Position numbers and translations under genes: made by a program
The notes under the pieces: generated by a model
Seen by the model: the letters and a program-made list of their open reading frames with translations, nothing else
Databases searched by the model: none
Told to the model about the DNA's origin: nothing
Part shown: positions 48,311 through 60,500 of the stretch, piece after piece
Layout of the letters: every line of letters starts with the position of its first letter
Numbering within the stretch: the stretch's first letter is position 1
NCBI GenBank assembly: GCA_900088475.1
Contig: FLMG01000725.1
Location: 1 to 64,000, forward strand
DNA: 64,000 bases
Direction of reading: 5' to 3'
Origin: Hyphochytrium catenoides
Lineage: Eukaryota > Protista > Hyphochytriomycota

Positions 48311-50509
48311 ATGCTTACTTCTTCCCCTCTTACCAGGGCCGTAGCTGTGCTGCTGCAGTCCCTACTAGCGATGACGACTCTAGTTCCGATCTACTCAGCT
48401 TCAGCCTTTAGTACCGCCTCAGTGACAGATAGTTTCCAAGATGCCGTAAAAGAGGTAGGAGGGATAATCACATCCATTACTAGCAAGTCTGAGTCATCCG
48501 ATGTCACATTGTTGCCGGCCAATTTCGAGTCCAGCCTGACACAGATGCTCTTCCCTAGAGGAGTAACCCCTGGTATAGCGGCTCAGCTCTTCAGTGTAGG
48601 AGAGTGGATCCTAACAGTACTGAGTGGCATTATCTTCTTGCAGTTGTTGAGACTGATGATGGTGGCTCGAATCCTTCACTTGCCGCGGACCTTGCGGCAG
48701 ACAATCGTCACGGCCCAACGGATTACAGAGGGAATGGCGGGAGGTATTGGTAGCTTTGCCCGCTTGATCTACGAAATCCTGGCCGATTGCGGTCACAAAG
48801 GAGGAGACCGATCTCGCGTCACCGCTGTCGCCCCACTCGCGGCATATTTGCTGCTAATCGGCGGCATTATCCTCATAAATATCTCTCAGGTTTCTTTGAA
48901 GAATGTTCTTCTCACTGTTGAGAAGTCTGGAACTGTCTCCCTCCCCACGGCTGGCTGGCTGCTAAACGGCTCCCTGGCAGACAGTACCATTGCAGAGAAG
49001 CAGAAAACGCTCCTGGTTAGCATTGCAGAGACTACCGGGGGCGGCTACGCTGTCACAGATGTCCGAAGACTCTGGGCAGCCCTCAATCCTAATGGATATA
49101 ATGCAGACTTTGGTCTCTATGTGAAGGACGGGGTCATTTGCCTGAGGCCAACCAAGGGACTGCCCCCACAAAAGGATGTACAGTTTGAGAGTATCGCGTA
49201 CTGCGAAGGCTTCACGGCCAGTTGCTCTGCCCTGCAGGGCATGAAGGTCAAGGTTATGCCTGGAACTGACAGGATCCAATTGATTGGGGCAAATCGTCCT
49301 CCGTATATTACCGATGACGAACTCTGGAGCTCCACGATAACGAACATATCTTTCCCTGGAACAACCAGCGACTTCTTTGCTTGGTACGGTGCGTCCACCG
49401 ACGGAAACCCGCAAGGCATTGGAATCCGTGAGGTGCCCGAGACCATCAGTGGACTCGTCGTCTCGTCCTGGACTCTGTCACTATCTGAGGAGGAGATCAA
49501 GACGGTTATGGGAGGGAAGAAGATTCTTGATAACGTATTGGACCGCTCCGCCGAGAGCATCACCTTGAAGGGGGAAACACTGCTGCCTGGTGGAGGCTTT
49601 GCCTACAGGCGGCTGGCTCTGGATGGCGGTAAGTCGCCAGTCTACGGAATGTGGGCTGGACAATGTGACTTGAAGCTGAGACGAGGGCACATGGCTCCGG
49701 ACAAGCCAAACAATGAGCTTCCCGTCGTAAGAAACTGGACTCTGCGGAACAGTGAGCTGCTAGATAAAAATCTTGTGCTCGGCGTCTCTTCATCTCTACC
49801 AACAGAAAGTCTGCGAGATTCAGATGGCGAAGGACGATCTTTGTCCGCCCTCAGGGTCGCTGTGACTGCTGACAGCTCACAGGGAAAGAACCTGGTCGGC
49901 TTAAACGGGAAAGTGACGGCTGAAAGAGTTCTGGCTCGCGGTGTATCCTCCTGGCTCTTCGCGCTCTCTTCGGGTCAACCTGGGCAGGATATTGACACTA
50001 CGGCCAAGTGGGAGGTCAGGGAGCCTCGACTTCTGGCAAATATGCTTTGGGCAACGGTGGGTCTGGGTCTCTACGTTCTCTTGGCTTGCGTGACCTTGGT
50101 CTTATGGCTCTATGCACGCTTCGGACGTTATGGCGGGAACATGGTAGAGCTGTCTTACGCCCGACAGATGACCGAGAACTGCACCTCCGTGTGGGGGCTT
50201 GTTCGAGGTATTGTTCTCCTAGCACCAGCCTCTCCTCTGCATGACACTACTGAGGGCGAACCAAAGACTGAACTCCGCCAAAGACGGGATGGTGGATGGG
50301 AGGAAGAACGTGGGAACAGAGAAGATTGTGATCGCCCTCCTCTGCGACCTGTACAGGAAGGAATGATGGCTTTGGACAGCGAAAAGGCCGTTCTTCGCGA
50401 GGCGAAGGACTGGGATTGTCAGCCTGTGGTGCTGACCTGTGAAGATAAATATGAATCGCGTCAGGTTGCCGCTATAAAGCTCCAGAGACGATACCCGTTC
50501 CAGCACTAG
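48311..50509 (+). CDS. Uncharacterised membrane protein (732 aa): N-terminal hydrophobic segments, large luminal region, C-terminal TM helix and charged tail
   Basis: 2.2-kb intronless ORF; TM-like segments WILTVLSGIIFLQLL, LAAYLLLIGGIILINI and LWATVGLGLYVLLACVTLVLWLY; several N-x-S/T sequons. Confidence 0.8.
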   Translation: MLTSSPLTRAVAVLLQSLLAMTTLVPIYSASAFSTASVTDSFQDAVKEVGGIITSITSKSESSDVTLLPANFESSLTQMLFPRGVTPGIAAQLFSVGEWILTVLSGIIFLQLLRLMMVARILHLPRTLRQTIVTAQRITEGMAGGIGSFARLIYEILADCGHKGGDRSRVTAVAPLAAYLLLIGGIILINISQVSLKNVLLTVEKSGTVSLPTAGWLLNGSLADSTIAEKQKTLLVSIAETTGGGYAVTDVRRLWAALNPNGYNADFGLYVKDGVICLRPTKGLPPQKDVQFESIAYCEGFTASCSALQGMKVKVMPGTDRIQLIGANRPPYITDDELWSSTITNISFPGTTSDFFAWYGASTDGNPQGIGIREVPETISGLVVSSWTLSLSEEEIKTVMGGKKILDNVLDRSAESITLKGETLLPGGGFAYRRLALDGGKSPVYGMWAGQCDLKLRRGHMAPDKPNNELPVVRNWTLRNSELLDKNLVLGVSSSLPTESLRDSDGEGRSLSALRVAVTADSSQGKNLVGLNGKVTAERVLARGVSSWLFALSSGQPGQDIDTTAKWEVREPRLLANMLWATVGLGLYVLLACVTLVLWLYARFGRYGGNMVELSYARQMTENCTSVWGLVRGIVLLAPASPLHDTTEGEPKTELRQRRDGGWEEERGNREDCDRPPLRPVQEGMMALDSEKAVLREAKDWDCQPVVLTCEDKYESRQVAAIKLQRRYPFQH

Positions 50510-51189
50510 GATGCAAAGAAACTCTGCATGAAGAGCGTGGACAGTATCCTGAGGGCGATAGTAAAAGAAAGGGCAGAAGGGGAGATTGAGACACAAGCAG
50601 AGGAGAGATTGGGAGAGCAAGGTAGATCTATATATATACAGAGAGAGACAGAGAGAGAGAGTGAAACACTGTGCGACATTTGTCTTCACCACTGTTATCG
50701 TCTAATTTGCTTCCTTTCTATAAACTGCTTTGATGCATCTCTGTACACTACCGCACCACTAAACAATAAGAGAAGAAGAGAAAGCTGGAAGTAAACAACG
50801 CAATTGTTACGAAGGGAAGAAGATTAACAAGGAAGAAGCAAAAGTGTTGAAGACGCCGCCAGCGCCCGGTAGAAGAGAAGAATCTAAATGAGAAACGCTG
50901 CTCATGGATCTGTCAAAAGAAGAAAGCATCGTCACACAACGACGATGCTAAGACTCTTGTTGCTGAACAGTCACTTGGAGGAAGCTACTATGATGAGTCT
51001 ATTGCCGTGGGTCCGGCTAGTAAAACGGCAAGAGAATTGTGACACGATAACCTGAATAAACCTGGCTCTTCGTGAAAGACTACCACCAGCCTCTTCGCTG
51101 CTGCTGCGTGTCTTTTATTACCGTTTTGATGAGGAGAAGTGACAGGAGGTGATCGAAAAGGCTGCAACGGCGACCAGAAAGAATTCACA

Positions 51190-51545
51190 GCCTACGACAC
51201 CGGCGGCAAGGGAAGAAAGGTAGCCCCGTGAGCAACAGATGATAGGAGGAGGACATGTCTGGACGAAGCGGGGCTTTGGATTTTATGTTATGATTAACCT
51301 CATTGAAGGGGTTAGTATTCAGTTCTTGTTAGTTAGCTTAGTCCTTGTTGTGAGTAGTTAGTCGTAGAGTTAGGACACGACGGCGATTACTGACGGGCCA
51401 AAAGCCTCCTCCAGCTTGACCTAGTTAGGCGGCAAGGAGAGCTCCGAGGTTAGTAATGTCAAGCGCCAGTTTGATTCCCCAGCCAGAGGCCTATTATTCA
51501 TCTGCATGCTCTGTCACTTCATCCGGGTGAGCAGAAGGAAAACAA
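51190..51545. mobile_element. Dispersed repeat copy related to 4360-4605 and 4025-4137
   Basis: Ends in cagccagaggcct..tgctctgtcacttcatccgggtgagcagaagg, nearly identical to 4082-4137. Confidence 0.65.
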
Positions 51546-52986
51546 GCGAGCTCATCGACCGGAGGGCAACGGGCCCAGACGACTTTGGCGACTTGCAAGC
51601 GTGCAGAAACGTTCATTCGGCAATAGCCTTCTTCTTTGCTCCCTTCCTCTTCTTCCTGGAGGTCTCATATGATGGCGCCGGTGGACAGAAAAATATTCGG
51701 CAGCGTTGACTAGTGGGGTGAAGATAATAGCAGAAGAAAAAGAAGCAGAATCAAGGCTATCGCCACCATCGACAGCTTTATGTCTCACGAGGAAAGAAGC
51801 GCACAAATACTTTACCAAGACTGGAGGAGCACCGCGGGGGTGCTGTTGAAGACCGTCTTGATGAAGGTCTGAATTAATGGAGCTATGGGCTCTCCTCGCA
51901 TGTGACAAAAGCCGAGCAGCATAATATGCCGCTGAACTGCCTGCCAATGAGGGCTCGATCTTCACTGCAGCATTATTGCGATGCCCCTATGTTTGGAAGA
52001 GGTAGTGAATGGGATCAGGCTAGCGTCAGCCAACCGTCCGAGCTTAGTGTTCATCAACAAAATGAGCATCTCGCGAGGGCGTAGTACTCCTATTTGAAAG
52101 ATATCTCGTCCTCTATAAAAGCAAATAAATCCAGAAATGATCGAAATGGGACGGTGGAACATCCAGGGAGGGTATTAGGTTTTCCTGGCGCGGTTGATGG
52201 GGCTGGCCTCCTCGGTCACTTTCAGATTTCCTCGGTCGGCCTCAGCCTCAGCCGCCAGCTCAGAATCTAAACACAGCGGCAACGGATAAAAGAAGCACAC
52301 CTCACTAGACCTATGCGCTGCTGCAGAACAATCTACCGCCCTCTTCTGTGAAAGCAAATAATCCAAAAATGATTGGAATGGCACAGCCACGATGGTACCA
52401 TCATTGACTTCACCAATCCGTTGCCGCTTATTCAAAGAGTCCCTCTGGCCTTTCCCGTCGTGGAGAACAGCTAATTGTAGCTTTTATAAATAAGGAGCCA
52501 TCACCTGCGAAAAGTCAGTAACTCCCGATGCTCCGGCCACGGCAGGGAGGCCTTTGCTGAAGGCATTCGCCCCTACAAGTTGTTAAGGTAGGGACAGGTG
52601 GAAGCGGTAGCTGCAGTAGTGGTCAGGGGTACTCTGCATCGTTTAATCTCGTGAAGGATCTTGTGTCCTTAGCTGTCTGTGCATCCCTAGCCAGAAGGTC
52701 CTGAAGGGGCATTAAGAAAACAAGCATGATGCATGGAACGTCGTATAGATGTTGGACGATAATCTCCTTCATGTGCGGCTTACAGGTTTGGGTGCGCGTC
52801 TATGGTGACCCCAAAATGAAAGTATACTTATAAAGAGTGCTGGCTTCTGTCTCTGTTATCTTCTTTTCGCCATCTCCTGAGCATTGGCATCGCGTGATAC
52901 GGTTTGGAAGCCATTCAAAAGCCTGAGGTGTCCACAGGAGGGGTGCCAGGATATAGCCTGCAGCAGTTCCTATGCTGTACATACTA

Positions 52987-53546
52987 CAGGCTGATCTGGT
53001 GTAAAAGCTGTATATTCCGTCCACAGTACGGTCCCTGTGCCGTGTCGAACGCTCCAATACACAGACCATAAGAACAACTCTTCACTATCTTGGATATAGT
53101 TTGTCCCCATTTACAATTAAGTGAGTTTTCGACTGATTCGTAATATATTGCTATTTGCTGTTACAATTCCAAATGCCTAAAAATACCCTACAGTAATAAA
53201 TGACAGACATGAAATATTCAGACTTTATCACCTCTATCTTTCCCAAAAATGCAGATACGGAAATGAAACTCGGCATAGTGGCTAATCTCATTGGGGGAAA
53301 GCGATTGACGAGGGCACTTTGTCATAGTTCATAATTTCAACCTCTCAGGAAGAAAGATTCAAAAGATTCAAAAAGTGAAACTTTCGAGATCACCTGGAAG
53401 GAAGCCAAAACAGAACGAAGTGCCTTCGTGAATCAATAGAGCATACCAAATTAGGGGGCTATGCAAGGTTTCAGCTTGATTGAGTAAGTTTTGACAAAAC
53501 TATCACAGGTGGAAGGAAAGTACAAAGTTTACACCAGATCAGCCTG
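52987..53546. mobile_element. 560-bp non-autonomous TIR element flanked by TA (Tc1/mariner-like MITE)
   Basis: Perfect 19-bp TIR CAGGCTGATCTGGTGTAAA (52987-53005 / 53528-53546), TA on both sides, AT-rich non-coding interior. Confidence 0.7.
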
Positions 53547-54419
53547 TAGCAGTTCCTATGCTGCCTTGTTGACAGGGAGCTCGGTCAGACCCTTGCACTT
53601 CCAAAGGCCTCTTAGGATAGCATCGCCATTTCTTTAGCCTCAAAAGACTTAGTCTTCCCAAGGGAGTGCTGAGGGAGAAATTCTGTCTCGCCCTCTAGTA
53701 TGCGTCGTAGCCGTATTGTTGCTAGTAGGCCAGATCTGGACCATCTTCCTCCTCACGCCTACGTTCTGGTCCAGTCAAGGAGAAGCTGGGAAAGCAGAGG
53801 AGGACAACTTCAGCTCCTCGCCCTGCCTGGTCGAGAAAGCGGCGGAGTGGTTAAGTGTTACAATTGCCAGCAGAGGAAGACTGTTTGTCCGACTCTATCT
53901 CATGGGTGGCCTGGGGATATCTTTCACCACCACCCAGACATGCAGGCGTCGCTCCGTCAGAACCTGTCTCCCACACGACGACGTCACTGCGTGGGGTAGC
54001 GTACGTGGTCCTGAAGGTAACAGTTACCATCACTGAGGGCGACAAGAGCAGGACTCTTTCTGTATGAATTGCTCTCGAGTCTAAGGAATTTTGGTCAGTG
54101 AAAGGACGAGCATGCCTGGATTAAAAACCGGCAGTAAATGGTTAAGTCGATTGATAAGAGGTAGGCCGAGGATCAAAAACATGCAATGCGCCATTGAACT
54201 CATTGTACGATCGAGGTACATCTATATGCTCTACACATCGTAAAGGCTGCTTCAGCGTTGAACCGATGATGGAAAATAGGGAAGTGCCAGGAGGAGCAAC
54301 TATAACAATATCGCGCTCGTGGAGGGATACTATATTGTCCATCATGCCAAGACCTATTACGTGCCGCCACGGCAGGCGCTTTCGGATAGCAGCAACAGCA
54401 CCGCCGCCGCCACTGGCGA

Positions 54420-54800
54420 CCACGGCGGCGAAGCTGCCCCGACCACCGCCACTTAACTTCGGAGTGGCCCTTATCACGCCGGAGAGCGTACTAAAGAAAG
54501 TTGCCATTACTCCGATAGTCATTAAGTCGAGCAGCGCTCGGGCATTTTTAAGAAGGCCAATTGGGATGCAGTTGCAATGGATCTGCTGAGTGAACTAGGG
54601 ATCAGTATTAACGGCTTGGATGAACATTGGGTGTGCCTCAATGCTATGTATGACTCCGTCATGGTGAAGAAGAGCTGCATCGGTGCACCCATATTTTTTC
54701 ACGAGTACTGGGGAACTCATCTCTACCATCCAACAGCTAAACGGATGCCCTATCTGACCGAATGTCGAACAGTCTATGTTTCTGCATATAAACATGTCTG
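54420..54800 (+). pseudogene. Decayed Myb/SANT-like DNA-binding ORF (PIF/Harbinger ORF1-like)
   Basis: GIFKKANWDAVAMDLLSELG..EHWVCLNAMYDSV..EYWGTHLYHPTAKRMPYLTEC resembles the FKKxxW..W..L..Y..W..HP pattern; stop and frameshift upstream of about 54540. Confidence 0.4.
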
Positions 54801-55853
54801 CTCTGAGGTGATTCTATTCAACGACAGATATCTGTATCGCGGTCATCGCCTTACCTATTATCGTGACAGGGCTCGAGTCCTGACACTCCCACGCATAATT
54901 TGCTTCAGTGACGGGCTATCAGCGCTGGACGAGTACATATACGGCCTTCTTGGAACTGTAGTGCCGCGGCGTGCTCTAGTGGTCATTTTGATAGTTCTGA
55001 AGGTTGCTCTGAGCGTTCCCCAAGCAGAAGCCATCCTCAATCATCATGTCCTGGGACCTTTGTCATCAGCTGACCCGCAGCTCGATCAGATATTCCTCGT
55101 CTTAGTGCTACATGACGCCATTTAAGTCAAGGGCACCATCAGTAATAAGCTCTCTCCTGCTCTCACTCGCTTTTAGGCAAGCAATTCCGTTCTGAACGGT
55201 GTAGCCGCTGTCTTGCTGGGAAGAGCCATTCTTAGTGCGGTAACCCTGGGGGTGGTGTCCTAGATTCTCAGATTGCCTTTTCAGGCTTGGCAATGTGATT
55301 GGCAGCGGTGCTGCTGGGAGTGGCCTCTTGTCACTAATTGCAAGGTTGATGAGTAACACATTCCCTGAAGCCCATTATCCCATAACCCGAATGTCCATGT
55401 AAAGACTACTTTGACCAATATCGAAGAAGAGAGGAGGTTCCTTTCCCTCCTGCCTTGATGAAAGCGGGAAGCATGAGAGTAGGGAGAAAAAGAAAGGTCT
55501 TTGCAACTTCCTTTGTCATCCTGTGTTTGAGCAAACCCTTCACTTCGTTAAATGCGTTCACTTCGTTTAGGGATGACGCTCGTCAAAGATATGCGTAGTA
55601 ATGATCCACCAGATGATCAGATGGCTGCATCATTGTTCGAACAATCCATTGCCTATTATCAGCCATTCTTGCCCCCTAGGACTCTCAACGTAAGGAATTT
55701 ATCTACCTCTGAGAAGCAAGGCGTGAGTAGGGTCATCCTCCGACGATACATAGGCGATGCTCTCCTCTTTTTTACCGATTTGGTGCGGGCATTACGTTTA
55801 GTTTACGCTGGTACTCTGTTAGACATGACCTTTCTTATGCCAAGCATCAGGGG

Positions 55854-56973
55854 CTAGGCTGTTGTCATATCCCTGAACTTCTGTTCTTGGGCGCGAAGGA
55901 AGGTTAGGATTGCTGGGTGGCTATTCTCAACGTTTTCCAGGTAAGCCAGAATCTCAGGGTATTTCTCATAGATTTTTCTGAGTGATTGCCCAGGGATGGC
56001 TCCTCCATAGAGGACAAATCTATGGAACATCAAGAGGGACAGGTCCGCGATGGTGAGCTGGGGAAACAGAGAGGACGGGCATAAGATGAGCGGTTTTTGG
56101 CCTTGTAAAAGGTGAGAGGCATAGTTAACCTTATCCCCGACTGCAAAGCCTGTATCTCCGTTCCTTTTAAGAAGTCTCTGAAGCTTCTTCAGTATTGTTG
56201 GAAGTGTTCCGTCTACTACCTCCTGGATCCTTTGTGCCTGCAGCAGGGTTGAGATAGAAAGGCAAGAAGCAATAGCACGACGAAGAGTCAGCCAGGTCAG
56301 TCAGAGATACGAACTAGAGAAAAAGAGACACATATTCCACTCATTCACCTTATGCGCCGGGTCCTCGTCTGGACTAGAGGGTAGCCAAACAGCACGGATC
56401 ACATCTCCAGAGGCATCAACGTTAAAGTCAAGTACTTCATCAACCTTAGCAGCCTTCCAGGCGTCATCTTCTGGGTACAAAGCAGCTCTTCGACCAACCC
56501 AGCGCAGTATCGCCATAGACTGAGCTAATGCTTCATCATTAACTTCTAGTAGAGGGAGCTGGTCATAAGGAACTTTGCCACCTGTAGGAGATGCAGCACC
56601 ACTTTGGTCACGCAACCGCTTGTCATCAGCAGGAAAGTGTTAAACATAACGGTAGTTCTCTACTCCAGAAGAGTAGCTGGGATCACTTTTAGCGGTGACA
56701 GCAAGAGGTAATGAAAGGAGGTAGTAGATACGGGGCAGGAAGAAGGGAGTGGCAGTTTATCTTACAAGCTTTCATGGACTCGAACTCTGGTCTTGTTAGA
56801 CCGACAAAGGTATATGGGATATTTCCAATGTCGAGAGCCATCCGTATGGGGTCCGCTCTTCCAGCAGGGCCTGTATGGTGATATAGCTTGATCTCCTCAT
56901 GAGCCCTTGCACGGCTACTTGTCGGCGTGGTACTGCGGCCGGCCAATTCTTTCTGCACGTTGGTAGAGTCCAT
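55854..56973 (-). CDS. Glutathione S-transferase, sigma-like (250 aa; exons 56973-56766, 56581-56349, 56237-56130, 56057-55854)
   Basis: Three GT..AG introns give one continuous frame with GRADPIRMAL, PYDQLPLLEV, LAQSMAILRWVGRRAALYP, AKVDEVLD and GFAVGDKLTIADL. Confidence 0.9.
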
Positions 56974-57362
56974 AGTCTTTGATAATAAGAAGAACCGAAT
57001 GCGACCTTTTCTCGCGCAGGCTTGCCTATCCTGCGTTTTCTAATGGAAAAATAGCGACGAATGATAAGATCATCCAATCAAGACAACCAGTACAAGTACA
57101 GCTTTTCAAGGAAGGACTGTGCCTGACTCAGGGATACAAGCCTAGGAACCTGGTCTATCTCGCTATTTTCCGATCTCGCAGATTCAGTTTTGTGTCACTT
57201 CAGACCCATTCCCTCCAGCAGATCTTTGGAGGCGACCAGGGCTCTTCGGGCAGCGAATGCTTGATCCTGATTACTTAGCACTCATCATCGATTGGCGTGG
57301 TGTGGTTCTGCAGTCAGCAGTTGGCAGAGTAGTAGCCTTCTTCGAGGGAAGAGGGAAAGAAT

Positions 57363-57545
57363 GGGCCTGTGAGAGACGATACGGCCCCAAAAGGGAGAGA
57401 ATGGGTGTGTGAGAGACGATACGCCTGTGAGAGACGATACGGCGCCAAATAAAGGTTGTAGAATGCCGTTTTCGTGACAAAGCCAAAGATAATGGTAGCT
57501 TATTAGCATCGCCAGAATGCCGTTCTCGTGACAAAGCCAAAGAAT
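57363..57545. repeat. Clustered short direct repeats
   Basis: TGTGAGAGACGATACG x3 (57368-57441) and AGAATGCCGTTYTCGTGACAAAGCCAAAGA x2 (57460, 57514). Confidence 0.85.
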
Positions 57546-60500
57546 GACCAAAAGTGAAGGCTTTGGCTACAGTTCATCTTAGCAGCATGAACGCAAAAAG
57601 GGCTATGATGGTGCGGCCAAAAGAAAGGCACCATACATGAAGCTCATGTATGAGAGAGTAGAATGGTAGAAAGAGCAAGCTGACACTGCGTAGAAAGAAC
57701 AACTGACGATGATGCAATGAAAGGCTTAGACGAAGGAAGCGACTAACAAAGCCGCTAGCAAAGATACTACTCCAAAAGCGATCCAGCCCCGGTGGTGGGT
57801 GCTGGTCATCAGTAGGAATCGAATATTGGTGGAAGCACCACAGCAAAAATGGGAGGCTTATCACTGATCTGGCCATATTGCGCAGAAAGGTGTCGGACAG
57901 GGCTTACTACTGCTAGTAGGTCCACCACCAAGCGGAGAGCAGTATGATAACTTGTAATCGAAGAAGTCCTTGAACCTTAATTAACTACATGGGCAGCGAC
58001 AGGTCAAGGAGAAATTGGTTAAGATCAATGATAGGATCATACTCATCTTTGCCAATATCGTGACAAGAAAAACGGTGCGAACATCAGCTGCTGTATGTTC
58101 CTCCCAAAGACACCTTTTTCCCGCCACAAGCCCAAGCACGCCACAATGCTCTGTGGGCAACAACTTAGACATTCCTTATCTGCTTAACGGGCCACCCGCT
58201 GGACAACAGTTGATTAGAGCCCTATAAAGTCTTTGATGTGATGGCAGAGAAGCCTAACACCTGCACGCACCGAAGAAGGTGTGTGTATGGTGCCCTGGGT
58301 GAGAACCGTCGACCAAATATTCACCGTGATTCCTCTATCTTTGCCAGCTTTGCACTGAACTCGGGGAGAGTAAGAGGCAGAGGAAGGATTAGCTCTCCTG
58401 CTAGCACAAGGAGAGGGAGACGTGTGAGTTTTTCCTCTCTCTCGCCATGGTCTCTCTCCCTCTCTGCCCGTAGGGTAAGTTCTATCACCTTCGATACACC
58501 CTGCAGGTCTATGGCAACCATCTGAATGGAGCTGGACGACGGAGAGAGAGAGAGAAGAGGAGGGAAAGAGGAGAAGGTGGACGGAGACTCCTTCGGTGCC
58601 TCACACGAGAGAGAGAAGAGTGGGGCAGACCTGACATTTGTCAGGTGCAGCTGGATCTTGACAGTGTCGTCCGCAGACTACTCGATTTTCCATTACCCTC
58701 CCTTCGCTATTTTCTTCCTTACTCTGTCTAAAAGCAGATAAAGCTCATATGCCTTGCTTTTTGAAAGACACTAGCCCTAGGTAGCCTGGGAGTGCGTCAG
58801 ACACTCTTCCTTCTCTTTCCTGATTTCTCTCTCCCTTCCCTTTCCTCATAGTTACACTCTCGAAAGTACTCCGTCCGTATGGCGGTAGAGCGTACGTAAC
58901 GTTGCTACGGCTGCATAGCGTTTTTCTGAAGAAGATCAGATTTTTCTTTTAGCATCGTTAGCGAAAAAATCTACAGCTGAGTTCCCCAGCTACAAAGGGA
59001 GAGTGGGAGGGACGAGATAGATGAGAGGCATCAAGACCATGATCATCTTATGAGGTGGGCCCTTTTTACGATCGACCGACCTACTGAGTCTTCTTTTACT
59101 TTATCAAGCACCACCTGATAAGACTGCGATTGGCGGACCTTTGTTTAAAGAACAAGCAGTAGTGGATGAAGTGAGGCCGACACACTTAGCCTCTTAACGC
59201 GCTCTATAGTTACAAGGCAAGGCACAGTAGTAAGAGGCAGATTAGCGGCTCTTGCTGAGAACAAAAAGAAGAACGGGGTGACGATGGAGAGACGCTGCTG
59301 AGGCAGCAGAGCCTTTGCCCCAATGATGCGAGTAAAGAGACTACTAGGGGAGAGCAAAACCAGCAGGTTTACCAAGAATAGCAAACGTCATTAGGACAGC
59401 AGCAGTAGCAATAACAATAAAGGGAAACGAAGGAAGAGAATCATGCTCGAAGAGAGAATAATACACCAGAAGGAGTTAGAGGAAGGGAAAACGGAAGAAT
59501 ATTCTCTGTACAGACGTTATAATGGCCTCGGCCTCCCAGTTATCCTGCGATAAATGAGAGTAGATAAAGAGAAGTATCATTCAAGAACTGCTGTTTGGAG
59601 AACGAGTAGCTCTGGAAAAGTGCACCACGACTACCAGAGAGAGAGAAATGACAGGAGAGAATTAGCAGGACAAAACAGAAATGCTTTCTAAGAAGAAAAC
59701 AGGGCGATGCGGGCTACTGATATAAGTCTTTTTTCCGCGCGGTGAACAGTTAGAAAAGGTCCCGCAAGAGACAGATTGGGAGTTTATGGCTATTATGAGA
59801 AAAAGTAAGAAGGACGAGGTCACAAGAAAAGAGAGGTGCAGAGACTTATTTCCTCTTTGACTCTTCTTTCCTTCTTGTTTTGAGAGTTTGACTGAGTTTC
59901 TACCCCTGTCCATGACTATAGGAAGGCAGAAGAAGCAGAAGAAGTGAACCAAGAAGGATAATAGCAGAGGAGGAGAAGGAGAAATAGTACTTTAAAGACT
60001 ACTCAACATAGAAGAGAATAAGGAAGAACGAGAACGGAGAACTTGCGAAGTAACAAGGAACGGAAAAAAAAAAGCGGTAGAAGTCAAGGGCAAAGAAACC
60101 TTGGGATCATTTACTCTCTCCAGCCATAAGAATGGAAGAAGAAGAAGGAGAGGCAGCAAAATCGTCATCACTGTTTGCTAGAAGGGGGAAGGATGGCCCA
60201 GCCACTGCGGAGGAGGATTGGCCCTTATTCCTGAAGCGCATTGTTCTCATGAATAGGCAACGAACTATTGGCGTTTGAGGGCCTCCTCGAGCGACGAATT
60301 AAAGACCTATGCTAGTAAGCACCAAGCCAAAGGTGAAGCACCAAGCAAAACGTAATCACATTATAACTTGACGTGACATGCCGCTGGACCGATCCAGAAC
60401 GAGGTTCATAGTGCAGTCAGCAGCCCAGATGGATTGGTGCCCCGTCGGCTTGGGGACGCTGTGGAGAGACGCGAAGTAGATGATGGATCCTAGCCAAGTC

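Noticed and set aside
57363-57545. CRISPR-like repeat array
   Set aside because: Only 2-3 repeats, irregular spacers, no cas genes, eukaryotic context
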